DNA of 64,000 bases, from assembly GCA_039811685.1 (NCBI GenBank), contig JBDHZC010000002.1, positions 256,001-320,000 of the forward strand. The letters run 5' to 3'. A program made the translations under genes and the position numbers. Numbering within the stretch: the first letter of the stretch is position 1; every line of letters starts with the position of its first letter. Below, one piece after another: positions 38,444-48,974 of this stretch. Source of the DNA: Armatimonadota bacterium. GTDB lineage: Bacteria > Armatimonadota > UBA5829 > DSUL01. The notes under the pieces are model-generated. The model was not told the origin of the DNA and ran no database searches. It saw only the letters and a program-made list of their open reading frames with translations.

Positions 38444-41164
38444 TCATCTCTCTGCACTGATATGAAAGCTGTATGAGCCGGAACCCACTTCCAGCCTGAC
38501 CCACTCCCCTGCGTCCTGTGCAGACGTAACTCCGGTTACAGCGTTGAAAGAGCTGTTTTTCCACACCGGGCGCCCGCCTTCAGTCACTGTGGCTGCGCCT
38601 GGCGCTGTCTTGGGCGCCCACACCCGAGCCTGGGCATTGGCGGGCACGGTCACATTCAGTGTAACGCCCGAGGAGTCGCGCTTCCAGTGAGACGCAACTC
38701 GTCCGCGCGCAGTATCCACCGACGCCTGCGCCTCGTTGAGATCGCCCATCAGATAGGGCTTTACGTCAAAGCGCTCGTAGCCGGGATAGCGCCAGTCTGG
38801 AACGATACCGGCCATATGTGAGTAGAACCAGCCACTGATAAAGCCGAAGGCAGGGTGGTTGTGCGAGTTCATCCCAGGTCCTGTCTCGCGCTTCCACAAC
38901 TCCCAGATCGTCGTTGCGCCGTTGGCAATCATGTATCCGTATCCGGGATAGTCAGGTTGGGTGGCGACTGTATAGGCGACGTCGGGGCGACCTTCATTGC
39001 ACAGCGCTTCAAAGAGATAGCGTGTACCCGGGAAGCCAGTACTCAGATGTCCCTTGTGTGTGACCATAATGTCGTGCACAAGGTTGTCCACTACAGCCGC
39101 ACGATGGGCTTGCGGCACAATCTGGAGATACAGCGGCCAGATGTACGAAAACTGACTTCCGTTGCCGTAAACATTCGTCTGAGGGTCGAAAAACTTGCTG
39201 TTGAAGGCTTCAGCAATCTTCCCGCACAACTCCGCGTACGTGCGCTGATCGTCGAGCCTGCCGAGTTGCTGCGCCATCTCACTCACCAGCTTCGATACAA
39301 AATAAAAGCAACCCGTTGAGATGAGGTCTTTGGGCGTTTCGACCAAACCCACCCAGTCACCGTAGTTGTTATGGGTGTAGATGTAGCCGGGCGACCCACT
39401 CTTGACAAAATCCACATAGCGCTTCAGTCCGTCGTAGTGCTTCTCCAGCAGGGCTCTGTCACCGTCATGGCGGTAAACATTCCAGACAATGAGATGATAA
39501 GCCACGGACCACATCGGGTCGCCCACGTCTGTACCCCAGACGTGCGGGACAGTGTCCGGAATACGCCCGTCCGCCCCTTGAGAGTCCTGAATGTCCTGCG
39601 CAAACTTGGTGAACGCCGCGCCCATATTGAAGTTGTAGCATCCCGCGTCACACGTCATTCCCGCGTCACCCATCCATCCCTGCCGCTCATCCCTTTGAGG
39701 GCAGTCTGTTGGGATCGAGTGGAAATTCGTCTTAAATCCCCAGACGGAGTTGTGCTGTATCTGGTTGATCAGTTCGTTGGAACAAGAGAACTCCCCGCGC
39801 GGCGAGAAGTCTGTGTGGACCAGTCTTCCCTTCACAACATCCGAGCCTTCCGGGCGTCCCGGATAACCTTCTATCTGCACGTAACGAAAACCGTGGTAGG
39901 TGAATCTGGGCTCGTAGATTTCCTGCCCGGAGCCTTTCAGAATGTAGGTGTCCGTGGCTTTTGCTGACCGGAGATTTTCCTGATTCACTGAACCATCCGG
40001 ATGCAGTATCTCTGCGTAGCGCAACTTGACTTCCTGCCCCGCCGGTCCGGCCACCCGTAGCTGGCACCACCCCGAAAAGTTTTGCCCAAAATCGAACACC
40101 CACACGCCGGGCTTGACTTCCTTCATGCTCTTGAAAGGCAGTGTTTCGGTTACCCGAACGGGCTGAATCTCCTGTGCGGACAGCAACTTTGTGGGAGAAT
40201 CACAGAGAACAACTCCTCTCCACGCCGAGTCGTCGAATCCCGGCATGTCCCAGCCAGACTGCTCAAGCCGGGCGTCATAGGTCTCGCCGTTGTAAAGGGA
40301 GTTCATCAGAATCGGACTGGTGGACCACTTCCACGACTCATCCGTCGCAAAACTGGCGTGCGTTCCATCGGTGTAATCGACATTTATCTGAAGGAGAAGA
40401 CACAGATTCTGCGAGAACCAGCCCTTGCCGAGAATGGCTCCGACGGCGTTCTTTCCCTCTCGCAGAGCGTCTGTGACGTCGTAGGCGCTGTAAAGGGCGC
40501 GCCGGTCAAAGTTGGTGTAAGACGGGTCGAGCACCCTGTCCCCAACTTTCTCCCCGTTAATCCGCAGCTCGTAGTATCCGAGCCCGCAGACGTAGGCGCG
40601 GGCCCGGCGGATAGGTTTGTCCAAAACTATCTCAGTGCGCAGTTGCGGCGCGATCTGGGACTCTGCCGCCGCGGCGGGGCCGTCACCTTTGCCGCCCGGC
40701 GGGGCGCCAATCCATTTGCCCCGCCAGTCACCCGGGCGCAGAAGCCCCATCTCAAAGCTCGCCGGAGACGACCACTCACTCTCGCGCCCATGGCCGTCCC
40801 AGATTTTCACGCGCCACCAGTAAGCCTGAGCGCTCAGAAGCGCAGAAGCTTCACAGGGCACGCTCAGTGAATTGGCAGACTCGACTTTCCCGCTGTCCCA
40901 GACGACAGATTTCCCCGCAACGAGCGACTGCGGACCGGTGGCCACCTGAATGCGATAGGCAGATTGAAGCGCGCCGCGCTCTGTCTCCTGCATCTGCCAC
41001 GACAGGAGCGGGCGCTTCGCGTCGATACCAAGTGGACTCACGCGATGCTCGCACGTCAGATTGACAGCGGACGGCCTAGCCGCCTGAACAGGTGAAACGG
41101 AGACACAAGACGCAGCCATCAACAAGAGAGCACAGGCGGAGACAGAAAAGAGGTCGTGATACAT
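38444..41164 (-). CDS. Alpha-L-rhamnosidase (GH78), exported
   Basis: DFGQNFSGW, PRFTYHGFRY, PTDCPQRDERQGWMGD, GATTIWE.W, MNSHNH. Confidence 0.93.
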   Translation of the reverse strand: MYHDLFSVSACALLLMAASCVSVSPVQAARPSAVNLTCEHRVSPLGIDAKRPLLSWQMQETERGALQSAYRIQVATGPQSLVAGKSVVWDSGKVESANSLSVPCEASALLSAQAYWWRVKIWDGHGRESEWSSPASFEMGLLRPGDWRGKWIGAPPGGKGDGPAAAAESQIAPQLRTEIVLDKPIRRARAYVCGLGYYELRINGEKVGDRVLDPSYTNFDRRALYSAYDVTDALREGKNAVGAILGKGWFSQNLCLLLQINVDYTDGTHASFATDESWKWSTSPILMNSLYNGETYDARLEQSGWDMPGFDDSAWRGVVLCDSPTKLLSAQEIQPVRVTETLPFKSMKEVKPGVWVFDFGQNFSGWCQLRVAGPAGQEVKLRYAEILHPDGSVNQENLRSAKATDTYILKGSGQEIYEPRFTYHGFRYVQIEGYPGRPEGSDVVKGRLVHTDFSPRGEFSCSNELINQIQHNSVWGFKTNFHSIPTDCPQRDERQGWMGDAGMTCDAGCYNFNMGAAFTKFAQDIQDSQGADGRIPDTVPHVWGTDVGDPMWSVAYHLIVWNVYRHDGDRALLEKHYDGLKRYVDFVKSGSPGYIYTHNNYGDWVGLVETPKDLISTGCFYFVSKLVSEMAQQLGRLDDQRTYAELCGKIAEAFNSKFFDPQTNVYGNGSQFSYIWPLYLQIVPQAHRAAVVDNLVHDIMVTHKGHLSTGFPGTRYLFEALCNEGRPDVAYTVATQPDYPGYGYMIANGATTIWELWKRETGPGMNSHNHPAFGFISGWFYSHMAGIVPDWRYPGYERFDVKPYLMGDLNEAQASVDTARGRVASHWKRDSSGVTLNVTVPANAQARVWAPKTAPGAATVTEGGRPVWKNSSFNAVTGVTSAQDAGEWVRLEVGSGSYSFHISAER

Positions 41165-41283
41165 AGAAATGGTCAGTGAGTCCCTTGACGCAGGCCTCTC
41201 ACCGCGTCCCTTTCAGGTAGTCTGAATGTGTATTCGTGAACCGCGGCCCCTAATCCTACCACCCACCAGATCAGAAGACTGCG

Positions 41284-42114
41284 CTAGCTTCCGCTTGACG
41301 GTTGAGCCGAGGGTACGTTCAAGTCTTCCGGCCGAAGAGCGCCCTCACCAAAGATGACAGGGAAGCTGTGGTCCCGGTGCTGACGCGTCCGCGCATCCAG
41401 ATAGCACACGCTGAAAGCCCGTCTGGGAGTATCCGTGTGGTTGACGTCCGATCTGTGCAACACCATGTTGTGAAGTAGAACCGCCTCTCCGGGCTCCAGT
41501 TCGAGGTAGGCGATCTTGTCCGGCGGGCAATACTGACGCTCCTGCTCCTGCGTAATGGTGTGTCCAAGCTTGCTGAGAAGCCCAAGCCGGTGAGTGCCAG
41601 AGACAACCTGCACACAGCCATTCGCTCTCGTCGCCGGGTCCAGAGCCAGCCACACCGTCACGAGTGGATCGCGATCCAGAGACCACTGGTCGCCCGCGTC
41701 CTGGTGCCAGGGAAGAAATGTGCCTTTCCGGGCCGGTTTGTTCATGAACATGGCGCGGTAGCACGAGATGGACGCGTGCCTTCCATAGACTTCACCGCAA
41801 ATTTCGCGGAACAGCGGCTTTTGCATGTACGAAAGAAACAGCGGATCGTATTCGAGGTCCTGTATTTTCCGGTACGCGAGGGTGGCGCCTTTGTGTCCGC
41901 TGGTCTGGCTTGACAGCTCGGAGTACGACCCTGTCTCAGAGTCCAGTTGCATGAGCATCCGGCTGTAGTTCACCGGAGCGCGGCCAAGCATAATGTCGTC
42001 TATACGCTGCTGCAACGCGCTCAACTCCTGCGGTGTAATCACCGTGCCCAGCCGCAGATAGCCTTCTCGCCAGTACTGAATCCACTGATCGTCGCTGATT
42101 GTGCCTGTCACCAT
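41284..42114 (-). CDS. Phytanoyl-CoA dioxygenase family (Fe(II)/2OG) protein
   Basis: PWHQD, VWLALDPAT..NGC, LHRS..N...R. Confidence 0.9.
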   Translation of the reverse strand: MVTGTISDDQWIQYWREGYLRLGTVITPQELSALQQRIDDIMLGRAPVNYSRMLMQLDSETGSYSELSSQTSGHKGATLAYRKIQDLEYDPLFLSYMQKPLFREICGEVYGRHASISCYRAMFMNKPARKGTFLPWHQDAGDQWSLDRDPLVTVWLALDPATRANGCVQVVSGTHRLGLLSKLGHTITQEQERQYCPPDKIAYLELEPGEAVLLHNMVLHRSDVNHTDTPRRAFSVCYLDARTRQHRDHSFPVIFGEGALRPEDLNVPSAQPSSGS

Positions 42115-42192
42115 TGTCCGTCTCCCCACACTGTGATAACATACTGAGCGCGGGTCTGCAAGTCCGTTCAGGCATCCACCTTTTCAGTCCAC

Positions 42193-42963
42193 ATGCAGTA
42201 CATTCTGCTTTTCATCGCGGCGTTCATCGCAGGCGCCATTAACTCGGTTGCCGGTGGTGGAACGCTTATCACGTTCCCATCGCTTCTGTCCGCCGGTGTC
42301 AGCCCGATAGCGGCTAATACCACGAGCACAGTGGCGCTCGTGCCAGGCTCTTTCAGCGCGTACTGGGGCTACCGGGATGAGCTGGAGCACGGCTGGAAGG
42401 AGCTGGCGTGGATCGGGCTTCCGAGCCTCATCGGCGGCTACCTCGGCGCAGTTCTGCTGGTGCACACCGGAGACAAACTGTTTGCGAAGATGATTCCGTG
42501 GCTGATTCTGGGAGCGACAGCGTTGTTCGCCATTCAGGAGCCCTTCAGACGCATTGTCAACAGAAACGCCTCAGGCGATCCGTCTCACCACGCATTCAAA
42601 GGACGGCGACTGGCGCTCACGATGGCTTATCAGTTTGTAGTGGCGCTGTACGGAGGGTTCTTTGGCGCAGGCATCGGGATCCTTATGCTGGCGGCGCTGG
42701 GCATGCTGGGACTGTCGAATATTCACCGGATGAACGCCCTGAAAGCCTTTGCGGCCGTCTGCATAAACGGAGTCGCTGCTGTCACGTTCATCATTGAGCG
42801 CAATGTCGTTTGGCACTTCGCCATCTTGATGGCTGTGGGCTCGGTGGCCGGAGGCTACGGAGGAGCGGGGCTTGCCAGACGTATCGGCCAGCGCAATGTC
42901 CGGCTGTCCGTTATTGTCATCGGTGTAGCGATCGGTCTTTACACTCTGCTGAAGCGATCTTAG
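42193..42963 (+). CDS. TauE/SafE (sulfite exporter family) membrane protein
   Basis: INSVAGGGTLITFP, YGGFFGAGIG. Confidence 0.9.
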   Translation: MQYILLFIAAFIAGAINSVAGGGTLITFPSLLSAGVSPIAANTTSTVALVPGSFSAYWGYRDELEHGWKELAWIGLPSLIGGYLGAVLLVHTGDKLFAKMIPWLILGATALFAIQEPFRRIVNRNASGDPSHHAFKGRRLALTMAYQFVVALYGGFFGAGIGILMLAALGMLGLSNIHRMNALKAFAAVCINGVAAVTFIIERNVVWHFAILMAVGSVAGGYGGAGLARRIGQRNVRLSVIVIGVAIGLYTLLKRS

Positions 42964-42989
42964 CGAGCTTCTGCCGCCAAGCCTGCACG

Positions 42990-44141
42990 CTAGATTCCGG
43001 CTGAAGAAGGCGCCTCTTTTAACGCCAGCTCCCGTGTGATCTTTCGGCCGTCCCTCCAGAGCACTATCTTCATCGTCCCGCCGACTCTCGCCTGAAGAAA
43101 GGCACCCACTACGTCGTCTGAAGAGTCAATAGCCCGGTCATCAAGCTGAACGACCACGTCACCAGCCTCTATCCCGGCACCTGCCGCAGGACTTCCCGGG
43201 TCAACCTGAACGATGAGCGCACCGGCGCTGGAGGGCAATTTCAGACGCTGGGCAAGGCTGCCGCCGATGTCCCGAACGTAGAAGCCAGGCCACGGATGGC
43301 GCACTCGGCCGTATTGCTGAATCTCCTCTACCGCCCAGCGGATGGTTGCCGACGGCGTCGCAAAGCCTATTCCCTGCGCTTCTGAGATGATCGCGGTATT
43401 CAGGCCGATCACTTCCCCGCCCATGTCGCACAAAGGGCCTCCCGAGTTACCAGGGTTGATAGCGGCGTCTGTCTGTATCATGTTCTCAAGTGTGGACCCG
43501 CGGGGAGAGCGCAGCGTGCGTCCCATCGCGCTAATCACCCCAACTGTGACCGTGTTCTTGAAGCCGAAGGGATTTCCTATCGCTATAGCCCAGGAACCGA
43601 TGGGTGGCGTTGGCGCCTGCGAGATACGCGCCTGTGGCAGATTCTTCCCGTCAATTTTGAGCAGCGCGAGGTCACTGCTCGCGTCACTGCCCAGAACCCT
43701 GGCCTGAAACGTCTGCTTATCGGGAAGGGACACTGTGATGCGCTCGGCGCGGTCGATGACGTGGTGGTTAGTCAGAACGAGCCCTTTTGCGCCGTCAATG
43801 ATAACGCCGGAGCCTTCTCCGGTCTGCACTTCCTGTGACCTGGGTTCCCCGAAAAAATCTCCGAACATCCCGCCGAACATATACCGGTAGCGGCGTGCGG
43901 TGGTGTCAATGTTGACAACAGCGGGGCCGACTTTTCGGATAGCGGCGATGACCGGGCCGCCACCGCCCGAGTCTCCGGTGATACCTGGAGCCTGTACGAG
44001 CTTTGGGGTCAGAACCGTCCAGCCGCTATCGCGACCAGAGCGTACCGCCGCCTGCCGGGAACCGATGTACCCTCCCGCTGCGGACGTCACAAACACTGTT
44101 CCGATCAGCCAGACAACACCGAATCTCCTCATATCTCTCAA
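42990..44141 (-). CDS. htrA: HtrA/DegP-type serine protease with a PDZ domain
   Basis: LTNHHV, DLALLK, IQTDAAINPGNSGGPL, PDZ domain. Confidence 0.92.
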   Translation of the reverse strand: MRDMRRFGVVWLIGTVFVTSAAGGYIGSRQAAVRSGRDSGWTVLTPKLVQAPGITGDSGGGGPVIAAIRKVGPAVVNIDTTARRYRYMFGGMFGDFFGEPRSQEVQTGEGSGVIIDGAKGLVLTNHHVIDRAERITVSLPDKQTFQARVLGSDASSDLALLKIDGKNLPQARISQAPTPPIGSWAIAIGNPFGFKNTVTVGVISAMGRTLRSPRGSTLENMIQTDAAINPGNSGGPLCDMGGEVIGLNTAIISEAQGIGFATPSATIRWAVEEIQQYGRVRHPWPGFYVRDIGGSLAQRLKLPSSAGALIVQVDPGSPAAGAGIEAGDVVVQLDDRAIDSSDDVVGAFLQARVGGTMKIVLWRDGRKITRELALKEAPSSAGI

Positions 44142-44243
44142 TCTCCATCAGCGCCTTTTTCTCGCTCATGTGAGCCCGTTGCGGTGCAAAGAGTCACGCA
44201 AACAGAGGCGAACGAAAGGCAGAAGAGGTTCCGCCAGTCCGCA

Positions 44244-46142
44244 TCAAATCCACCCGACTCCGGGACGCAGGATGCTGCGGCTGATGCGACCGCGCACGGC
44301 TTGCTTCGGATGCAGGACGGGAGGCTCCACGTAAGCTTCGAGCGCCCGAACCAGCGCATAGCACAGATAGCCCGCAAGAGCACACTCCGTGTTAGCGGTG
44401 TCGCCGGTCTCACCGGACGGCTCCAGAGGCCCCGCCGGCGCTTCCCTGAGAGACTCCAGAGGACCCAGATCGCCGCTCAACAGCCGATTGGCCATTGTAA
44501 GCAGACTCTGCCCGGCAGTTGAGTCGTCGGAGCGCTGAGCGCGCAGACGCGCGACCGTGTTAGCGAATACAGGCAAAGTCGGGCGGCAAAACTCAAGGTG
44601 TGTGGCCAGCTCCAGGCTGCCCTCTGGCTCATCGCCCATCTGGGTCTGGCCGTCCAGATCGCTGGCCCAGCAGAACACCGGGCCCCCGTCCTGGCGCACG
44701 ACGAGATGACGCAGAATAGCCGCCTGAACATCCCGCGCCCACTGGTCTGTATCGGCAGAGCGCTCCACATCGCGTATCCGCCGGTAGAGGTCGGACAGAT
44801 CAACCAGCGCCCTCCACACCACCATATTGCTGTAGGTCAGGTACTCAAGCGGCGCAATGCGTTCCCCAGGGGTCAGGCGCGTGCGGTACAGGGCAATCTG
44901 CGGGTGCGAGGCGCCCTCCAGCGTCTCCAGAATCCGGTTCAGACCAGACTGCACGCTCTGGTCAAAGAGTACGGTGAGGTCATCCGTCAGGTCCACGTAC
45001 ATCCACAGCGCGCGTATGGGAGCGACAAGGCCATCCAGTGAAAACCCGGGCTGGAGCAGGGAGCCGTCCAGACCTCGGCTGCGAGCGCCAATATTGCGCA
45101 TCTGAACGCCGAAGACATAGTGCAGAATCTCGCGCGCTTCGACAGGATCAATCAGAAGGACGGCGGGAAAGCTGTACAGACACACGTCGCGGTCGTGATA
45201 GGAGGCGGTCAAAGCGCTGCCCGGGGAGCGGGACGAGACGGTGACACGCCGCTCGGTGTCTATGGCTGTGGCGCGAGAATAGAAGAAGTTGTAGAACGCG
45301 TTTCTGTTCAACAACTCCTCAAAAGGCTCGGCGATGTCTTTGCAGTGAATGTGGCGGGCGTCGAGAAACGCTTCTGAAACCCGCTTTATCGAATCCCAGC
45401 CCTGGTCGCGCAAATCAATGGCGCAGGCTACACTGCTGGCTGGCTCAATACCAACACCTACGTCAAGCTCCAGAGTGAGAGATTCTCCGGCCTGGAGATC
45501 TGCTGAGCGCGATACCGAGAACTCCACTGGCAGCCGCTCGGTTGAATAGACGTCTTCAATGGCCGAGCCCGCGCGGCATTCTTCCGTCGCCCCCTGCCAC
45601 TGGCTGCCCGGTGAAGCGGCCAGCCCGATCGAAAAGATCGGGTGTGCCCATCGCAGTGAAAGATGACGAGCATCGCCCGTACTGTGACCGCCGACCATGC
45701 GCTGGCCGTTCATCTGGCACGTCATCGCCCCGACATGCCGGGTATCCTGCCAGCACACGCAAAATGAGAGCTTTGCCGTCGCCGGGACGTCTGTGCGCAA
45801 AACAGCCCGCACCGCTGCGCCCCGCTTGCCTGGTGGTGTCAGATAGGTGCACTCCACAGAGCCCTCCGGGACCTGCGCGTGAAAATGTGGAATCCAGTTC
45901 CCCAACCGGCTCCACCGGATGTCCCCCAGCGGCACGGGCGTAGAGTCCAACTCGACAACTAATGCAATAAAGGGCTTGGACGATCCGGTCACAACGATAG
46001 CGCCCCGCGCTGTCTCGTGGATCAGGGAAAGCGCGCGTACAGCACCCGTAGAATTGTCAATCTCATCCAGACTCAGAAAATCGTTTGCTGTTTGCAGCCT
46101 GAGGGGCTGGATGGGCGCAGGGCCGGGTTCTTCAGCAGGCAA
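44244..46142 (-). CDS. GH125-like (alpha/alpha)6 protein with degenerate catalytic motifs
   Basis: NAFYNFFY, SSRSP, RDVCLYSFPA, YLTYSN.VW, DEPEGSL, LAGYLCYAL; probable TTG start at 46142 overlapping the DUF1015 stop. Confidence 0.6.
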   Translation of the reverse strand: MPAEEPGPAPIQPLRLQTANDFLSLDEIDNSTGAVRALSLIHETARGAIVVTGSSKPFIALVVELDSTPVPLGDIRWSRLGNWIPHFHAQVPEGSVECTYLTPPGKRGAAVRAVLRTDVPATAKLSFCVCWQDTRHVGAMTCQMNGQRMVGGHSTGDARHLSLRWAHPIFSIGLAASPGSQWQGATEECRAGSAIEDVYSTERLPVEFSVSRSADLQAGESLTLELDVGVGIEPASSVACAIDLRDQGWDSIKRVSEAFLDARHIHCKDIAEPFEELLNRNAFYNFFYSRATAIDTERRVTVSSRSPGSALTASYHDRDVCLYSFPAVLLIDPVEAREILHYVFGVQMRNIGARSRGLDGSLLQPGFSLDGLVAPIRALWMYVDLTDDLTVLFDQSVQSGLNRILETLEGASHPQIALYRTRLTPGERIAPLEYLTYSNMVVWRALVDLSDLYRRIRDVERSADTDQWARDVQAAILRHLVVRQDGGPVFCWASDLDGQTQMGDEPEGSLELATHLEFCRPTLPVFANTVARLRAQRSDDSTAGQSLLTMANRLLSGDLGPLESLREAPAGPLEPSGETGDTANTECALAGYLCYALVRALEAYVEPPVLHPKQAVRGRISRSILRPGVGWI

Positions 46143-47400
46143 CAGGCGCGTCCTGAATAATGCGCAGTACCAGCCCGCTGGCAAGCTTGGGATAGAAGTA
46201 GGTGGACTTCTGTGGCATAGGGCGCCCCTGGCGAGCATAGCGCGTAATTGTGCGCACAGGTATGGGATTGAGCAGTATGGCCGCCTGCCAATCCCCGGAT
46301 GACACCATCCCAAACGCTTCTGATGCCTCTTCGACATAGGCAAGACGTGGGTCGGTCTTCAGATGGGCAACGTCGAAACCAAAAGCCTCAGCCAGCACGC
46401 TCTGCTGTGAAAGCTCCGCTCCGAGCAGATCTACATCCTCGCGCGGCACAATCACCCAGCCTTTCTGCCCGTCCCACAGGCCAAACGCGGACTCACCAGC
46501 CTGCGCCAGACGAGACTCCAGTTCACCTTGCCGACATGCCTGCAGCTCATAGTCCCTGCCCAACTGCTCGGCGAGTCTGTCCAAGAGCACAGAGTCCAGA
46601 TCGCGCAACACGCGATGCGTTGGCAGCACCGTCAGGCCAGGATCATCAGTCCAGACCAGCGTAGCCATCACCCAGTCCCACGGCCCCGCACCGCACTCCT
46701 CACGCTTCTTCCGGGCGTACGCCAGCGCCGTCTCATAGCGGTGGTGGCCGTCGGCTATCGTCAGAACTTCAGAGCCAAGAGCCTGTGAAATCGCCTGAAC
46801 GTCCCCCGCGCCGTCGCAGACATCCAGACTGTAGCCAACGCCTGTTTCATCCCTTGCGTTCTCGATCGCCTCACGCCAATGGGCATTCTGTAAAGCCTTT
46901 CGCACCACGCCGGAGTTGTCCTCGAACATCATCCAGACGCTGTCAAGATTGGCGCTGGTGGCGTCCATAAGTCGCTCCAGGTCCTCCTTGGGCCCACGCA
47001 GCGTCTTTTCGTGCGGAAGAATGATCCCTCGAGCGTAGTCCTCCAGACGCACCAGGGCAGTAAGGCCGCACAGAGTCTTCGCGTGCCCGCGAATCTGGTA
47101 GTCAATGCGTTGCCGGTAGAAGCCCGGCATCGGATCTCTGAGCAGGATCCCCTTTTCCAGCCACTCAACCAGCAGGCTTCCCGCTCGCGTGAATCTGTTG
47201 TGATCGGCGGAATCCAGCGGCTGCTCTTCACCCAGCACCAGGCGCACATAATTGTAGTCGCTGCGCTCATACAGGCGTCGGCGTTGTTGAGAGTCGATTA
47301 CGTCATAGGGTGGAGAGATCAGACTGCCGGGTGTTCCGGCCTTTGCCACATTGAACCGCACGCCCTGAAAAGGGGAGATATCAGCCACTGCTACTGCCAT
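46132..47400 (-). CDS. DUF1015 family protein
   Basis: SPPYDVI, ILPHEKT, IADGHHRYETA, MPQKSTYFYPKL.SGL. Confidence 0.92.
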   Translation of the reverse strand: MAVAVADISPFQGVRFNVAKAGTPGSLISPPYDVIDSQQRRRLYERSDYNYVRLVLGEEQPLDSADHNRFTRAGSLLVEWLEKGILLRDPMPGFYRQRIDYQIRGHAKTLCGLTALVRLEDYARGIILPHEKTLRGPKEDLERLMDATSANLDSVWMMFEDNSGVVRKALQNAHWREAIENARDETGVGYSLDVCDGAGDVQAISQALGSEVLTIADGHHRYETALAYARKKREECGAGPWDWVMATLVWTDDPGLTVLPTHRVLRDLDSVLLDRLAEQLGRDYELQACRQGELESRLAQAGESAFGLWDGQKGWVIVPREDVDLLGAELSQQSVLAEAFGFDVAHLKTDPRLAYVEEASEAFGMVSSGDWQAAILLNPIPVRTITRYARQGRPMPQKSTYFYPKLASGLVLRIIQDAPVAC

Positions 47401-47602
47401 CCTCACTGGTGAGAGTTCTGTCGGGACAGATTATATCATGGCGCACTGCCGTGACGCGGACGGCGTCGGCCAGAGCGAAGTCCCTGTCGCATAGAGGCGG
47501 CCGAATACAGAGAAGAAAAGCAAGAGAACTGCGCTGCCCACTCAGCGTCCTGGCGTTGTATAATTGAGATGAGTTTTCGCGGGTATTCTACTGATAGAGA
47601 CG

Positions 47603-48133
47603 ATGTATTCCAAAGACTGGGAAGTCCTGGCTCTGGAGCCGGGCGCTTCCGTTGCACAAATCAAATCAGCGTTTCGAAGAAAGGTGCGTGAGTCGCACCC
47701 GGACGTCTGTCCGGGTGATGACACCGCCGAGGCTCGGCTGGAAGCCGTGGTCCAGGCCTACCAGAGGCTGCTTCGAGAGCAGGAGACGGTCGATCTTGCG
47801 CACAGGCTGTTTCCGGATGGTCCGGCCCCCGGCGAAGCGCTTTTACGCAATGCGCGGCCTGCGCCACAGAAACCAGACTGGCGCTATGGTGCACTCCTGC
47901 GCAATTTGCGGCGAGGCGCGCAAACACTTGCGCTGATAGCGCTGCTTGCCACACCTGTCGTCTCCGCGGTCCTCGGTGGCATGATCGCGCACCCCTGGAT
48001 CGTCCACACCGCCGAGCAACACTGGGAATCACACAAAGATCCGATCAGCCCGGACGAGCGCTATGCGCAGGCGCTGCTGTATGGAAAACAAAACGAGCGT
48101 CCTGCGCCGATCCGAGTGTCTGAAGAGCGCTGA
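47603..48133 (+). CDS. J-domain (DnaJ-like) protein with a C-terminal TM segment
   Basis: IKSAFRRKVRESHPD (HPD motif); hydrophobic LALIALLATPVVSAVLGGMI. Confidence 0.8.
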   Translation: MYSKDWEVLALEPGASVAQIKSAFRRKVRESHPDVCPGDDTAEARLEAVVQAYQRLLREQETVDLAHRLFPDGPAPGEALLRNARPAPQKPDWRYGALLRNLRRGAQTLALIALLATPVVSAVLGGMIAHPWIVHTAEQHWESHKDPISPDERYAQALLYGKQNERPAPIRVSEER

Positions 48134-48287
48134 ATTCAGGTTGCGGCTCTGTGTCCGATAGATCTCCCCATGCGGGGATTGGTCGAATCGCCCAGCGCCT
48201 CGCACTCCCGAACAGTCCCAGACACAACGCTTCAGATCTGCTGGAGAAGTGGATAGACTCTCAGTAAAGCCACGTAAGGAGTCTCAG

Positions 48288-48833
48288 TTGAAAACACAGA
48301 GAAGGAAAATCGGAATTCTGGTGGAGCAGGACTATCAGGACCTGGAAGTATGGTATCCGGCTTTGCGGCTCAGAGAAGAGGGCTGGGAGACATGTTTTGT
48401 GGGAAGCGGGACGACTGATGGCTACACAGGTAAGTATGGCTACCCCGTAGAGGTTGACAGAGCCATCCACGACGCCAGAGTAGATGACTTCGACGCTATC
48501 GTCATACCGGGTGGCTGGGCGCCGGATTTGATGCGCCGGGAGCCACGTTTTGCCCAGTTCGTTCGGGAGTTTTCCGGCTCCGGTAAGCCTGTGGCCTGCA
48601 TCTGTCACGGTGGGTGGATACTCATTTCCGCGGGCATTCTGAAGGGCCGTCGCGCCACATCGTTCTCGGGAATTCAGGATGACATGATCAACGCGGGCTG
48701 CCACTGGCGCGATGAAGAGGTGGTGGTGGATGGCAATCTCATCACCAGCCGAAAGCCAGAAGACCTGCCCGCGTTCTGTCGTGAGTTGATTACTATGCTC
48801 AAAAGTCAGCCAGGCGCTGGAGTCGCGCGCTAA
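48288..48833 (+). CDS. PfpI/DJ-1 family protein
   Basis: YQDLEVWYP, IPGGWAPD, ICHG, DGNLITSR.PEDLP; AAGGAG RBS before TTG 48288. Confidence 0.93.
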   Translation: MKTQRRKIGILVEQDYQDLEVWYPALRLREEGWETCFVGSGTTDGYTGKYGYPVEVDRAIHDARVDDFDAIVIPGGWAPDLMRREPRFAQFVREFSGSGKPVACICHGGWILISAGILKGRRATSFSGIQDDMINAGCHWRDEEVVVDGNLITSRKPEDLPAFCRELITMLKSQPGAGVAR

Positions 48834-48939
48834 CCGCACATCAGTCACGTCGTTTGGCGCGCCACGCAAATATGGAACAAAAACTGTAGACGGGGGAATG
48901 TATAGACCCGTTTCTGAGCGCGAGCAAGAGCGCGCAAAC

Positions 48940-48968
48940 TTGACACAGGCTCGGGGGAGCGGTACAAT
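48940..48968 (+). promoter_or_regulatory. Near-consensus sigma70 promoter driving the structured leader and rpoN
   Basis: TTGACA-17 nt-TACAAT. Confidence 0.8.
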
Positions 48969-48974
48969 TCCGAT

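Noticed and set aside
46143..46343. N-terminal extension of the 699-aa ORF overlapping DUF1015 by ~200 nt
   Set aside because: Off-frame read of the DUF1015 3' end; a TTG with an AGGA RBS at 46142 is the more plausible start
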